From an uncultured bacterium (lineage in GTDB: Bacteria; Auribacterota; Erginobacteria; Erginobacterales; Erginobacteraceae): a DNA stretch of 64,000 nucleotides. This document shows positions 18,569 through 29,783 of this stretch, in pieces (the stretch's first letter is position 1; every line of letters begins with the position of its first letter). Where the stretch lies: assembly GCA_963822585.1 (NCBI GenBank), contig CAWGIE010000033.1:32001-96000 (forward strand), in the 5' to 3' direction. The notes beneath the pieces were generated by a model. The model had not been told where the DNA came from and did no database searches. It worked only from the letters and a program-made list of their open reading frames with translations. Both the position numbers and the translations under genes were made by a program.

Positions 18569-18908
18569 GCTTTCGATTCACGGCGAGCATATTGATGAGC
18601 TGCTCGCCTGGATTAGAAAGAAATATGACGTTTCGATCCTCGCGGAAGAAGCAGGCGATGAGTTTATTTCCATCGAGAGCACCGAGTTCTGGAAGGAAAT
18701 GGAAAAGAATCGTATCGGCAACCTCCTGGCCGGCGCCCGGTTGAAGGCCGGATTAACGCAGGACGAGCTCGCGACAAAGTTGGGGATCCGTCAGAACATG
18801 GTCAGTGATTACGAGCGGGGGCGGCGCGCGTATTCCCCCGCCATGGCCAAGCGGCTGAGCAAGGTGCTCAAAGTCAAGGAAGAACGTCTGAGATATATGA
18901 ACGATTAA
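18537..18908 (+). CDS. XRE-family HTH antitoxin (HigA-like)
   Basis: GARLKAGLTQDELATKLGIRQNMVSDYERGRR; toxin-first order. Confidence 0.8.
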   Translation: MLALVKKPHIELSIHGEHIDELLAWIRKKYDVSILAEEAGDEFISIESTEFWKEMEKNRIGNLLAGARLKAGLTQDELATKLGIRQNMVSDYERGRRAYSPAMAKRLSKVLKVKEERLRYMND

Positions 18909-18989
18909 CTACACGTCTAATCCATATAAGCCCACGGGCTATGATGTTATGTCCCTTCGGGGCAGCGGTCGGATACGGAGAAAGAAAAA

Positions 18990-19850
18990 CTGAAGAAAAC
19001 CCTGGCAGCTATCCTGGGAAGGACCGGGCTTCTGCAGCCGGCTTTCCGGGCGTATTCCCTCCTCAAAACACGAGACCCGCGGATCCGTCGCGGCAATGCC
19101 CGATACCGCGGCCGCGCGACCCCCGAAGGTCTTCCCATCCCCCCTCCGAAGCTCATCTTCCAGGTCGCCGGAAGTCCCGATATCTCCTGGTTTCTGGAAG
19201 GGGGCCGGCTGGCCTACCGGAGCATGGCGGACGCCCTGGCCGGGCAGGGAATACGGATCGAGAGCCTCCGCTCCGTCCTCGACTTCGGCTGCGGATGCGG
19301 CCGCGTCACCCGTTACTGGCATTCCCACCGGAACATCCGTGTCTCCGGGACGGATTTCAATCCCGCCCCGATCGGATGGTGCCGGAGGCATCTCCCTTTC
19401 GCCCGGTTCACGGTCAACGCGCCCATCCCTCCCCTGGCGTTCCCCGGCGAAGAATTCGATTTCATCTACGCGCTCTCGGTTTTCACCCATCTGCCCGAAG
19501 AGCGGCAGGCGGCCTGGATGAACGAGCTCTCCCGGGTGCTCAGGCCCGGGGGAGTGCTCCTGCTGACCACCCACGGTGAATCTTACCGGGACGCGCTCTC
19601 CCCCCGCGAACGGGAAGAATTTTCGGCCGGACGGCTGGTGGTGCGCTACACGGAAGCGTCCGGCACCAACCTCTGTTCCGCCTATCACCCCCCGGCCTAC
19701 GTGAGAGAAAAATTGGCCGGGGATCTGGAGTGCGTGGATTTCATCCCGGAAGGAGCGAAAGGGAACCCTCATCAGGACATCTTTCTTCTGCGAAAACCGA
19801 AAGCCGGCGGCGACCGGTCATCACCTACGGGATCGAATCGCGGTGCCTGA
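18990..19850 (+). CDS. Class I SAM-dependent methyltransferase
   Basis: VLDFGCGCGRV, FDFIYALSVFTHL, RVLRPGG. The frame is open and protein-like upstream of ATG 19224 (LPIPPPKLIFQVAG); the start is uncertain. Confidence 0.82.
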   Translation: MKKTLAAILGRTGLLQPAFRAYSLLKTRDPRIRRGNARYRGRATPEGLPIPPPKLIFQVAGSPDISWFLEGGRLAYRSMADALAGQGIRIESLRSVLDFGCGCGRVTRYWHSHRNIRVSGTDFNPAPIGWCRRHLPFARFTVNAPIPPLAFPGEEFDFIYALSVFTHLPEERQAAWMNELSRVLRPGGVLLLTTHGESYRDALSPREREEFSAGRLVVRYTEASGTNLCSAYHPPAYVREKLAGDLECVDFIPEGAKGNPHQDIFLLRKPKAGGDRSSPTGSNRGA

Positions 19851-19900
19851 CGGCTGCCTTGATAGGACTCTCCAGGCTGCGGTTGAGATACCCTCGCTGC

Positions 19901-20317
19901 TTACGAGGCGTCCTCGAAGGTGGCGTTGCCGTCCTCGTCGATCCGGAGGTACCCGTCGATCTCCGCCTGGACGTCCCGGGTTTGCCATTCAACCAATTCC
20001 CCGTTGATATAGAGCCTGGCGGTTATCTCCCCGCACTCGATCTGGGCATAGAGATAGAGATTGGCCCCGTCCTTGGGGTAGATAGTCCGGGACCAGGGAG
20101 ATTCGTCTATATCAAAGTAGGAATAGAGAGCTCCGTCATCGTCCCGCCACTGCAGAAGGACGAGGCAGGTCACACTCCCATTATCGAATTCAAGCTCGTA
20201 GCGGACGGTGGCCTCGTCATCAGCCGCCCCCCCACCGCTTCCGCCGCAGGAGCAGAGGAAGAGGGGAAGCAGGAGAGTCCCATAAATCAACCTAGAAATG
20301 ATGTTTTTCGAGCGCAT
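19901..20317 (-). CDS. Lipoprotein, hypothetical
   Basis: Signal peptide with lipobox LCSC, Gly linker and a small beta-rich domain. Confidence 0.7.
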   Translation of the reverse strand: MRSKNIISRLIYGTLLLPLFLCSCGGSGGGAADDEATVRYELEFDNGSVTCLVLLQWRDDDGALYSYFDIDESPWSRTIYPKDGANLYLYAQIECGEITARLYINGELVEWQTRDVQAEIDGYLRIDEDGNATFEDAS

Positions 20318-20373
20318 TTAAAAGAGATTAAGATATTGTTCTGCTGTAACGTATAATTTTTACGAAGTAAAAA

Positions 20374-20880
20374 TTATACTACCATGAAATCACTCCCGGT
20401 CAAAAACAAATCATCCAGATAGACCCGGATCCCCCAGCGCCCGAGAAAACGGCCGATCCCGAACGGCCCGATCGAGACGGGGAACAGTTCTTCCCCCCGG
20501 AGCACCAGCCAGGACCAGCACCGGTAGCGTCCCCCGGGTGAACGGAAGTCCTTTCGAAACGTTTCCTGTGCGTTCCCCAGTGGATTAATCCAGCGGAAGA
20601 CAAGGGTATGATCTCCCGCTTCCACCCGGGGAATCATCACGGTCGCGTAAATCTTATCTCCAAAGCGGAACGTGATCCGGCTCTCTCCCGAGGTGCTCTT
20701 TTTCGGCGAGGTCCCCAGAAAAAGAGACGCTTCCGCCGGAGAGAATGGTTCCGAAAGATGCGCCGAGGTCCGGGGAGGCACACCGCCGGGGTGCGCCCGG
20801 GGATACACCAGGACGAAAATGACTCCGGCTGTCAGAAGACCGGCGACGGAAAAAACCAGGACATCCAGTACCTTCTTCAT
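20374..20880 (-). CDS. Membrane-anchored hypothetical protein (beta-sandwich-like)
   Basis: N-terminal TM; FRWINP.G and G.W.IRVYLD..F.V pattern. Confidence 0.65.
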   Translation of the reverse strand: MKKVLDVLVFSVAGLLTAGVIFVLVYPRAHPGGVPPRTSAHLSEPFSPAEASLFLGTSPKKSTSGESRITFRFGDKIYATVMIPRVEAGDHTLVFRWINPLGNAQETFRKDFRSPGGRYRCWSWLVLRGEELFPVSIGPFGIGRFLGRWGIRVYLDDLFLTGSDFMVV

Positions 20881-20930
20881 CTTATTTTTTCGCGCCGCCC
20901 GAGGTTTTAATGGGATAGAAAAAATAAGAT
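20879..20930. repeat. Family L palindrome TCTTATTTTT...AAAAATAAGA
   Basis: Fills the whole intergenic gap; related copies at 29698-29749, 46630-46680 and 59938-59992 carry a CCCCGA..TCGGGG core. Confidence 0.7.
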
Positions 20931-21541
20931 TAAAGCGAGAGGACGCGCTCCGAGAGACGGGCGTCCCCTATCTTCCGGCGCAGGTATTCCATCGTGGCCC
21001 CGATCCGCTCGTCCAGGTTCCCCTTGATCTCCAGTTTGCCGCCGGGGAAGGAAGACCACTTCTGTTGGATCAGTTCCTCGATCGCCAGCTGAAACTCCTC
21101 GTTGGTCGAGCGGACACCGTCCTCCATCCCCCGGTTGCAGCTGAGACGGAGATGATCCTCGAGCTGGATGTAGATGAGAAGAAAATAGCTCTTCTGCCAG
21201 TGCTCGGCGCTCTCCCTGATCAACTCGTAAACGGCCGGGTCCACGTATCCTTCCTTCGCTCCCCGCCAGGCAAAAATCGAATTGTCGAAAACACAGCGGT
21301 CGCAGAGAAGAAAATCCGGAAGCCGCTCCGCCCCTTCCAGTTCCAGACGGATCTGCTCCTTGAATATCCAGTACTGTCCCCGGGTGACCTGGCCGCTCTC
21401 GTTGATGTCATAGGGGCAGAGGCGGGAGAGTTCCGGAACCATCTCCACCTGAAATGCCCGGTATTTGAGTTCGCTGAAGAGCCGGTGAAGGAAGGTCGTC
21501 TTGCCGACCCCGAACGTCCCGATGACTCCTATTTTATACAT
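20930..21541 (-). CDS. P-loop NTPase, AAA_28/NadR-kinase-like
   Basis: IGVIGTFGVGKTT, LCDRCVFD, DGVRS...FQ..I. Confidence 0.78.
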   Translation of the reverse strand: MYKIGVIGTFGVGKTTFLHRLFSELKYRAFQVEMVPELSRLCPYDINESGQVTRGQYWIFKEQIRLELEGAERLPDFLLCDRCVFDNSIFAWRGAKEGYVDPAVYELIRESAEHWQKSYFLLIYIQLEDHLRLSCNRGMEDGVRSTNEEFQLAIEELIQQKWSSFPGGKLEIKGNLDERIGATMEYLRRKIGDARLSERVLSL

Positions 21542-21696
21542 TAAATTTTCCCTCCGGAAAATTTTAGTTTTGAACCATGCGGTTGGACAATGCGAAATAG
21601 TATCACAACATAGTATATTGAGAATCTCCAGATATCATCACAGATAATTTTGCCGATCACCGATTACTGATTACCGATTACCGTCATGAACCCTCT

Positions 21697-22443
21697 CTAT
21701 CCTTCCCCCTTCTCCTCCCTGGTCACCGAAGGAGGCGGATTGCTCACCAGGCTGTTCTTATGCAGACGCGCGAAGTAGGGGCTGAGAGTCGTGTTGGGCA
21801 GGACCCGCACGCCGTCGCCGATCCGGATCGCGGCCAGAGACACCCCCGCGGCGAGGACGCAGCCATCCCCGATCCGGGTCAGACCGACCCGGAACTTGCC
21901 GCCCCCCTCGTAGGCATGGGTCGAGATCTTGCAGAAGGCGCCGATCAGGGAATTGTCGCCGATCGAGATCAGTTCCGGGCAGAAGTGATCGATCCAGCAA
22001 GCCTGCATGATCTCGGTGTCCTTCCCGATCCGGACGCCGGCCCAACGATAGAGGCGGTTCTTCAGCCGCCCTCCCCGGAGAAACATCGTGAAGAGAACCA
22101 GCCAGCTCAGCGGCACCCGGCTCCAGAACGGCCGGTTCAGCGCCGTCCAGTGAATGCGGTTCGGCTCGGAGAGCCTGCCCAGGCCGGCGAAGGTATAATA
22201 ATTCGTCTTTCCCCGGAGCAGAACCCGCAAACGTTCGCTGCCTTCCGGGGTGTCCGGGTCAACTTCCCGGACATCGATCGGTTCCGCCGCCGAGGAGCGG
22301 GCCACGGTGATCACCCGATTTTTCCGTCGCCCCAGCCGGATCGCCCGGCGGATAATGCGGGTAACAACCCGGCGCAGGGCATCGTCTATATCATGTTTGT
22401 CCACCATATCCACCACTATGCTCCAGTGTTTATTAATAATCAA
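21697..22443 (-). CDS. Hexapeptide-repeat acyltransferase-like protein
   Basis: GVRIGKD, PELISIGDNSLIG, RIGDGCVLAAG left-handed beta-helix repeats; the real start is probably a few codons downstream. Confidence 0.7.
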   Translation of the reverse strand: MIINKHWSIVVDMVDKHDIDDALRRVVTRIIRRAIRLGRRKNRVITVARSSAAEPIDVREVDPDTPEGSERLRVLLRGKTNYYTFAGLGRLSEPNRIHWTALNRPFWSRVPLSWLVLFTMFLRGGRLKNRLYRWAGVRIGKDTEIMQACWIDHFCPELISIGDNSLIGAFCKISTHAYEGGGKFRVGLTRIGDGCVLAAGVSLAAIRIGDGVRVLPNTTLSPYFARLHKNSLVSNPPPSVTREEKGEG

Positions 22444-22522
22444 GTAATCGGTAATCAGTGATCAGTAATCAGTCTTGCGGCTACCCGGGGGAACTGACAC
22501 CGATTACCGATCACTGATTACT
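22444..22522. repeat. Family F heptamer palindrome
   Basis: GTAATCGGTAATCAGTGATCAGTAATCAGT ... ACCGATTACCGATCACTGATTAC. Confidence 0.8.
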
Positions 22523-22547
22523 CACTAGAATTTTTCGAAGAAAAATT

Positions 22548-24125
22548 CTAGTGCCGGAAGTGCCGGATGCCGGTGAAGACCATGGTGATCCCGTGTTCTC
22601 GGGCCGCGGCGATTGATTCCTCGTCCCGGATCGATCCTCCCGGCTGGACGATGGCCCGGACCCCGTTCTCCGCCGCCAGGTCAACCACGTCCCGGAAAGG
22701 GAAGAAAGCGTCCGAGGCCATGACCGTCCCCTCCGTCTTGAGGCCGGCCTGCCCGGCCTTGACGATCGCCAGCCGGGCGGCGTCGATCCGGCTCATCTGG
22801 CCGGCGCCGATCCCGACGGTGGCGGTCCCGCTCCCGAGAACGATCGCGTTCGACCGGGTATGCTTACAGACCGTCCAGGCAAAAGCAAGCGCGTCCCATT
22901 CGGCGGGCGACGGCGTTGGCCCGGCGACCACTTTCAAGGAATCGGCGTCCCAGTGGAGCAGGTCGGCTTCCTGGACCAGTATCCCGCCGTAGACGGACCG
23001 GTATGAATAATGGGTCGGCCGGGGGGCAAAAGGCCCCGTTTCCAGGAGACGGAGATTTTTTTTCCGGGAGAAGACCCCCCGGGCCCGCGGGGTAAAACCA
23101 GGGGCGATGACCGCCTCGACAAAGGTCGCGGTCACCTCGGCGGCCAGCGCGTCGTCGACCTCCCGATTGAAAGCGACGATGCTCCCGAACGCGGAGAGCG
23201 GATCGGTGGCCCGGGCCCGGGTATAGCTCTCCAAGAGTGTTCCGGCCGCGGCCGCGCCGCAGGGGTTGTTGTGTTTCATGATCACGGCGGCGGGAGCCGG
23301 CTGTTCCAGGATAAGGGAAAGCGCGCTCTCCAGGTCGAGAATGTTATTATAGGAGAGTTCTTTCCCCTGGAGCTGCCGGGCGCCCCCGAGCGAATTGCCG
23401 CCGCCTGTACCCTGAACCCTGAACCCTGAACCCTCGACGTAAAACGCCGCCTGCTGGTGACGGTTCTCGCCATAGCGCAACGCCTGTCTCAATTCATACT
23501 CCAGATGAAGAACGGGAGGAAATGTCTCCGTCCCCTTTCCGGCCAAAAAACCGTCGATCGCGGCGTCATACCGAGCCGTGGCGGAAAAGGCTTTCGCCGC
23601 CAGCCGGCGCCGGGTCTTTTCCGGAAGTGTTCCGGAGGCCAACCGCATTTCTTCCAGAACCGGCGGGTAATCGGCCGGATCGGAGAGGACTATTACTGAC
23701 CGATAATTCTTGGCCCCCGCCCGCAGGAGAGCCACGCCCCCGATATCGATAAACTCACCAAGCGCTTCGTCGTCCAGCCCTCCGTCCGCCAGCTTCTCCC
23801 CGAACGGATACAGGTTGACCGCCAGAAAGTCGATCGGCGCGATGCCGGAAGCGGCCAACGCGGCCATATCTTCCGGATTGTCCCGCCGCGCCAGAAGGCC
23901 TCCGTGGATTTTCGGATGGAGAGACTTCACCCGCCCATCCAGCATCTCGGGAAAGCCGGTGTGATCCGCCAGGCTGGTAACCGTGATCCCCCCCTCTTCC
24001 AGGACCCGGGTGGTGCCCCCGGTGGAGATAATCTCGAAACCAAGTTCCACCAACGCGGCGCCTAACTCGACGAGGCCGCTCTTGTCCGAGACGCTGATCA
24101 AGGCTATTCGTTTGGAAGCGTTCAT
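22548..24125 (-). CDS. purH: Bifunctional AICAR transformylase/IMP cyclohydrolase
   Basis: [75 protein letters not shown]. Confidence 0.97.
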   Translation of the reverse strand: MNASKRIALISVSDKSGLVELGAALVELGFEIISTGGTTRVLEEGGITVTSLADHTGFPEMLDGRVKSLHPKIHGGLLARRDNPEDMAALAASGIAPIDFLAVNLYPFGEKLADGGLDDEALGEFIDIGGVALLRAGAKNYRSVIVLSDPADYPPVLEEMRLASGTLPEKTRRRLAAKAFSATARYDAAIDGFLAGKGTETFPPVLHLEYELRQALRYGENRHQQAAFYVEGSGFRVQGTGGGNSLGGARQLQGKELSYNNILDLESALSLILEQPAPAAVIMKHNNPCGAAAAGTLLESYTRARATDPLSAFGSIVAFNREVDDALAAEVTATFVEAVIAPGFTPRARGVFSRKKNLRLLETGPFAPRPTHYSYRSVYGGILVQEADLLHWDADSLKVVAGPTPSPAEWDALAFAWTVCKHTRSNAIVLGSGTATVGIGAGQMSRIDAARLAIVKAGQAGLKTEGTVMASDAFFPFRDVVDLAAENGVRAIVQPGGSIRDEESIAAAREHGITMVFTGIRHFRH

Positions 24126-24171
24126 GGATTAATCGGGAATTTTGATAAATGTAATGAGCGAGGTTGGCGAA

Positions 24172-24255
24172 ATGGAGTACTGGAGTGGTGGAGTGTTGGA
24201 ATAATGGAACCGAGCCACCCCGGTTGCGGACAGCCAACCATCATTCCATCATGCC
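24172..24255. repeat. Family B octamer palindrome
   Basis: TGGAGTACTGGAGTGGTGGAGTGTTGGAATAATGG ... CCATCATTCCATCA. Confidence 0.75.
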
Positions 24256-24283
24256 TTCACCAATCGTTGCGACTACCATCATA

Positions 24284-24982
24284 TCACAACCCCGCTTTCT
24301 TCACATACAACTCAAACGCCCCCACCCTCTCCGGGGTTCCGATATCGTAAAACTTCCGATCGACCGGCCAGGCGGCCAGTTTCCCTTCTGCGATCAGCCG
24401 GGGATAGATGTCCTGCTCCAGGGAGAAAACGTCCTCCGCCGGGAAATAATCCGCGATGGCTTTTCGCGCCATCCGGACGCCGGCATCGGCGTGCGTCAGT
24501 GAAGCCGCCGGGCTATCCTCCGCGCAAGCCGTGATTCTCCCCCCTTCCACCCGGAGATTGGGAGGAAGATCGGGGGGTTCCGCAGGGAAAACGCTCACCA
24601 TCATCAGACCCGGGAAGCTTTCGAAGTCTTCCCGCATCCGGCGGTAATCGACCGGGAGCAGGGTGTCGCCGTTGATGAGGAAAAATTCGTCCCTTAGTTT
24701 CGGGAGGGCCAGTTTCAGGGCCCCGCCCGTCCCCCGGGGATCCGTTTCCCGCGAATAATCGATCTGCAGGCCCAGGCGATCTCCGTCTTTAAAATACTCC
24801 TCGATCATCCGGCCCCGGTATCCGGTGCAGAGAAGCACCTCCTCGACACCGTGATCCCGCAGATACAGGATCAGATGTTCCAAAAACGGCCGTCCCCCGA
24901 TCTCGATCAGGCCCTTGGGAACGCGATCGGTCGCCGGGCGCAGCCTGGTTCCCCTCCCTCCGGTAACAATCACCGCTTGCAT
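24284..24982 (-). CDS. Sugar-phosphate nucleotidyltransferase (HddC/mannose-1-P guanylyltransferase-like)
   Basis: GGRGTRL, PK.LIEI.GRPFL, GTGGAL, NGDT, SLE, FYDIGTPE. Confidence 0.88.
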   Translation of the reverse strand: MQAVIVTGGRGTRLRPATDRVPKGLIEIGGRPFLEHLILYLRDHGVEEVLLCTGYRGRMIEEYFKDGDRLGLQIDYSRETDPRGTGGALKLALPKLRDEFFLINGDTLLPVDYRRMREDFESFPGLMMVSVFPAEPPDLPPNLRVEGGRITACAEDSPAASLTHADAGVRMARKAIADYFPAEDVFSLEQDIYPRLIAEGKLAAWPVDRKFYDIGTPERVGAFELYVKKAGL

Positions 24983-25582
24983 TATAAATGAGCGCCTCCG
25001 GCGCTAAATGAGTGAGAATGCATGAAAGCTAACGCCCCTGAATCACGTTATTGTTCTTTGGATTATACAGTAATTATTTGAACTATTGAATTCTTAAACT
25101 CCGAAGCAATAGGCTAACGCCATTTCAGCCTGAAGTCAAAAAAATATCTCAGACAATGGACGGTCAACTTGAAGTAGGAAAGCGTGTCCTTAAGAAGCGG
25201 CAGAAGAATATAGAATCAACATACCGGACAGAATGAATCAAGGAAAGGGGACAAATAATAATCAAGGGTACCACCCCGGATTCAACCTGAATAGAGGCCC
25301 TTTCGTGCGAATATGCCTATATATCTCCTTTACATCTCCTATATATTTTTTGCGTGGTCAAAATATCCCTTCTCCGCAATAAAATCTCCGAAGGAATCCA
25401 GATAATGTTCAAGGCGACACCCCCCTATCCGGTGGTGAGGGCCTTCACGGATTGACCCCGGATAGGCCGAAGCCTTACGACGGCCCGGGAAGAGGACTCG
25501 ATCTCGCGATGATGCCGATCGCACGTCTTGATTCGCTCGCGAGCGGCAGTCGACGAGGTGGTGATCACTACTCGGACAGTGC

Positions 25583-26584
25583 CTAATTGCTTTTCAGTAA
25601 TCCATCCCAGAATAAACTCTTTGCCAGCTTCCGGGCGATTTCCGGGCCGGGATGCCAGTGGTCGCGGGGGCTCTCTCCCGCCGGGGTGCCTGCTTTCATC
25701 GCCTTCATGGCCGGGTCGTAGAGATCGAAATACCGGATCCCCAGCTCTTCCAGGGTCCGGATGATGGTCTCTCGCTGGTCGCGTTCATAGTCACGCCATT
25801 TCTCGGGCGGCTTGAGCTTGGGCATGATCAGAACCGTGAAATCGATCCCCTTCCGCGATAGGATATCCCGTAGTTCTTCCAGGCTTTTACGGACCTCCCT
25901 CACTCCCATGGCACGGGTATCTTCCGCGGGATCGGGGCGAGCGGCCATGATCCGGCCCAGAAGGTAGCGGTAGAGATAACTATGCCGAAAAAGCCAGGAA
26001 TTGACATGTTCGGAGGGCCGGTTAAGATCGTAAACCACCAGTTTATTATCCTGGTTGAAAAAGGCGATGGGGGTGGTCCCGAAATCGTTATAGACGAAGG
26101 TCAGGATCACATGGTCCGGCTTAATCCGCAGATTATACGTGCGGCAATAGCGCGCTTCCTGGGCGGTGTTGAACGACTCAACACCGGCATTCCAGTATTC
26201 ATATGCCTCTTCACCGTAGAGTTCCTTCAGAGCATCGATTATTCTCCCCCGCGCGGTTACCGAATCGCCGATGAAAAGAAGCCGGGTCACGCCCGGGGCA
26301 CGATCGATGCTGTAGGAATTTTTCAGCGTGCCGAATTCGTTATAAAGGTCATTCCCCAGGATCGGCCGAAAGCCGAAATCCGGGTCGACCGTGAACACTT
26401 TGGCAAGATCGGACCGACTGCGCCGGAGCCAACCCAGCTCGTTTCCCACCTGGAATCCGGCGTTGGGATCAGACCACCGCAAACGGAGTTCCGCGATCAG
26501 CAGTGCCGCCCCGGCCGCGGCGACAAGCAGCAGGCCAAGAACAATCATCCGGATCGACTTCTTCATACAGATCGAATGTATCAA
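25583..26584 (-). CDS. Membrane-anchored SGNH/GDSL hydrolase or O-acyltransferase-like protein
   Basis: N-terminal TM, IGDSVT, NAGV, YND, DHWHP. Confidence 0.8.
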   Translation of the reverse strand: MIHSICMKKSIRMIVLGLLLVAAAGAALLIAELRLRWSDPNAGFQVGNELGWLRRSRSDLAKVFTVDPDFGFRPILGNDLYNEFGTLKNSYSIDRAPGVTRLLFIGDSVTARGRIIDALKELYGEEAYEYWNAGVESFNTAQEARYCRTYNLRIKPDHVILTFVYNDFGTTPIAFFNQDNKLVVYDLNRPSEHVNSWLFRHSYLYRYLLGRIMAARPDPAEDTRAMGVREVRKSLEELRDILSRKGIDFTVLIMPKLKPPEKWRDYERDQRETIIRTLEELGIRYFDLYDPAMKAMKAGTPAGESPRDHWHPGPEIARKLAKSLFWDGLLKSN

Positions 26585-29131
26585 AATTCCCGATCAGCGG
26601 AAGGGCCCGGCGCGTTGCCGTTCTCCGGAACCCACTCGATGGCCACCCAGTCGATGGAGAGGATGCCTTGCCGGGATATTTTTTGTTCGACTTTTGGTGT
26701 GTCGGAATCCGGCACTGCCCGGAGCGTGATCCAGGAGGTGCCCACCGCGCCATCGCCGTCCGGCAGCCTGCTCTCCACCGTCACCCAGCGATAATCCGGG
26801 GGGATCAACAGCGAAGGGAGTGACCGGCGGTTAAGATCGAGATTCAGGTAAACCGGAGACAGCTTCCCCAGGTTATTCCGCACCTTCATCCTGAGATAGG
26901 GGACCCGGCCGGGGACTTGACAGGTCGGGATCCTGAGCGTCGCTTTCTCTCCCATGGTGCGGTAGCGGCCGCTCCGGGAAGTATTGAAAAGTCTTCCGTC
27001 CTGGAAAGAGTCATCCGGAGGTTCGGCGTTCTTGCCCAGATCGATCCAGACCCCTTCCGCCGGGTCGGCGCTCAGAAGAACCGGGATATTCGGAGGAAGT
27101 CCCCGGTCGGAGACAAACCGGAGAGTCGCTTCCTCCCCGCTCATCATCTGCCGGTCCAGATAGATAAAGTTGACGCCGTCCAGAAGCTTCCCGTCAACGG
27201 GAAGCCGTTGAGAAAGACACGCACCTCCTTCCGGGAGCGGTCCTTCCAGAGACTGTGGAGGTCTACGGCGAGAATCCGGTCGCGGACGGTAACGGCGGGA
27301 AAAGAGAGTGAAACTTCCTTCTCCTGCCAGGGGAGCACCCGGTAGAGCTGGAGGTCGGGCCGTTCAGAAAAATATTTCCGGCGGATCCCCAGTTCTTCCG
27401 AGGCCCATCTCTTGACCGGCGTCACCTGAAAGTTTTCCCGCAGAGCCGGCAGATATTCTTCCGCATCCCGGTAGCCCCGGTTATCGAGGTAAAAAACCGG
27501 CACCCCCGCGGTCATGACCATCTGCAGAGCCCGCTCCGGGGGCAGCCCCAGGGAGCGGCGAGCTGAGTATAATTCAAAGAGAAACAATGCGTGTACATAT
27601 CGATGTTCTGCTTGAGGAACCGCGTCGACAGAACCAGCGATCCGGGAGGCGTATATTTTTCGATTTCAGCCCGCAGGTGTTTGAGTTCGCGAAGCTGAAA
27701 ATTCCCCTCTCTCATCTGGGGGATGATCGTCATCAGAAAAAAGATAAAGAGCGGAATCACCATGATTAAAGACGCGTATCGGCGCAGGAAGCGGGAGGCC
27801 CCCCACCGGGCCGGCAGCAACAGGAGAACGGCGCAGAGGGCGAGAAAGGCCGCGCTCACCGGGGGAACAAAGGGAGCCCGGTCTTGAAAAGCCCCGGCGG
27901 CGAGGAAGAGAAGAACCGCGCCGGCCGGGAAAAGGAGCGCTTGTGACAGGGTGAGCCCCTTCCCCCGCGCCGCCGGCCTTTCCTTCAGTTCGGCCAGTTT
28001 TTTCAAAATAACGATCATCCCGCGGGCGATAAAATAACTGAGCATGAAATACACCGGCAGCAGGTAACGATCCTGCTTGTATTTAAAAACAGCGAAGACC
28101 AGGAAGAGGCAGATGAGTTGGGGAAGCCAGAGGAGAAAGACGGCGCGCTTTCTGACAGTATATACCAACCCCAGCAGGGCGACGACCAGCAGGGGGAGGG
28201 AGTAGTTGCCGAGAATAAAGCCAAGATACCACCCCCCCGATCTCTGCAGGTAACCGATCCAGAAGAGCCCGGAACCGGGACCGGAAGCAAGCGACAGGGA
28301 GCGCGCCAATTGCAGAGACGTAGCGGCCAGGTTCCCCTGGCTTCCGATATCCATAATAAAAACCGGGATGACAACAACCAGCACCCCCATCAGGGCGCTG
28401 CCGAGGGGGAGAAAGGTTCTTCTCCATCGTGTTTTTTCCTTCCCGGGGGAAAACAGAAGGTAGAGAAAAAACGGCCCGGCCGCCACCGCGTAATTAATCC
28501 TGATCAGGATCGCGCCGCCCAGGAAGAGGACGGCGAGGAAAAGAGAGAGAGGACGGCTTTTTTCTCCGTCTCTCCCGGAAAGCAGCAGAAAAAGACTGAT
28601 CATCAGAAAAGTCAGGGGGGGCACATCCCGCATTATCTTAATGGAGGAGAAAAACACCCGGTAGGGAGGGATCAGGAGGACGATCAGGAGACCGGTCAAA
28701 GCCAGAATATTCCGCTCGGGCATAACCGGGGGCATTTTCCGGGCCAGCAGAAAAAAGAAAACACCGAGAAGAACCAGGAAGAGCGGCCCGACGAAATGGG
28801 CTCCAGAGAGGCCGCCGATTTTTATCGCCAGCGCCAGCAGCAGAGGATATCCGATATCGACCCCGTAACGGATCCGGCCGTCGATCAGGTGCCGGTTGCC
28901 GCTGAAGAGGTTCACGTGGCCGGATGCCGGCCAGTACTCTTTAAAGATGTCATAGAGGGGGTATTGACCGCAGAGGGAACCTTCGGCGATACTTCGGGCG
29001 GAGATCAGGTACGAGTAACTGTCGGAGTTCAGAAGAGTAGTATAGCCGCGGAGACCGTAACCGGCCAGAAACAGCAGTGTCAGGACCAGCAGGATCAGGG
29101 GGATTATTTTATAGAATAGGCGATCGGACAC
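26581..29131 (-). CDS. Large GT-C membrane glycosyltransferase paralog 1 (split by two frameshifts)
   Basis: NSDSYSY first loop, IGYPLLLA, RD, IR.N, RY; ORFs 27512-29131, 27144-27587 and 26581-27147 are colinear with paralogs 2 and 3 (YLDNRG, RFVSDRGLP). Confidence 0.75.
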
Positions 29132-29440
29132 GGCTGTTTCCTCGTGTTCAACAAGTTAGCGCCTTCGGCGCAATTCGGTCAGGGCAACGGCAAAGAGGCC
29201 CGTTTCGTTTGTCGGTTACGGTTACGTGCGCCAGGCGCGGCGGACGTTACCCTAACCCTCACCGATACCCTGATAAATCGGGGCAAGCTGGGCATCGTTA
29301 CCCTTACCGCAACCTTTTATTGTGAGCCGGATGCTCATCAGCCTAAAGCCGAAAATTCCGAAAAAGCAAGTTAGCTCTTCGCACTAACCTTTATGGGTCT
29401 CTGCCCAGGGATTACCAGACGGCAAATTTATCCGCGAATT

Positions 29441-29566
29441 GAATATCAGGTTATCAGTATATCAGTGGGAGAATACCGGGATATCATTATCAGGCGAGGC
29501 CGGCCGTGCTGACTATCCTCTGATGTTCTGATCCCCTCCCCTCTGATCTCCTGGTCCTCTGATCCC
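29441..29566. repeat. Family A palindrome
   Basis: ATATCAGGTTATCAGTATATCAGTGGGAGAATACCGGG, near-identical to the left arm at 59548. Confidence 0.8.
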
Positions 29567-29783
29567 TTATACGGCTTTATCTCGTTACCATGCTCCGCGT
29601 GGTAATGCGTAGCCTTACGTTCCCACGCGACGTGAACAGGAAAAGTAATCATGAATTATCTTTAAAATACCACCGAATGTCGGTTCAATGCTTGCTCATT
29701 CTTTTTTTCCGCTCCGCCCCGAAGTTTAATCGGGGAAGCAAAATAAGATGTTCCTAAATTAACGGCGAAGCCGTTAATTTATT

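Noticed and set aside
25339..25560. Short minus-strand ORF downstream of the SGNH gene
   Set aside because: It may be a gene remnant, but there is no start context or motif to support a call.
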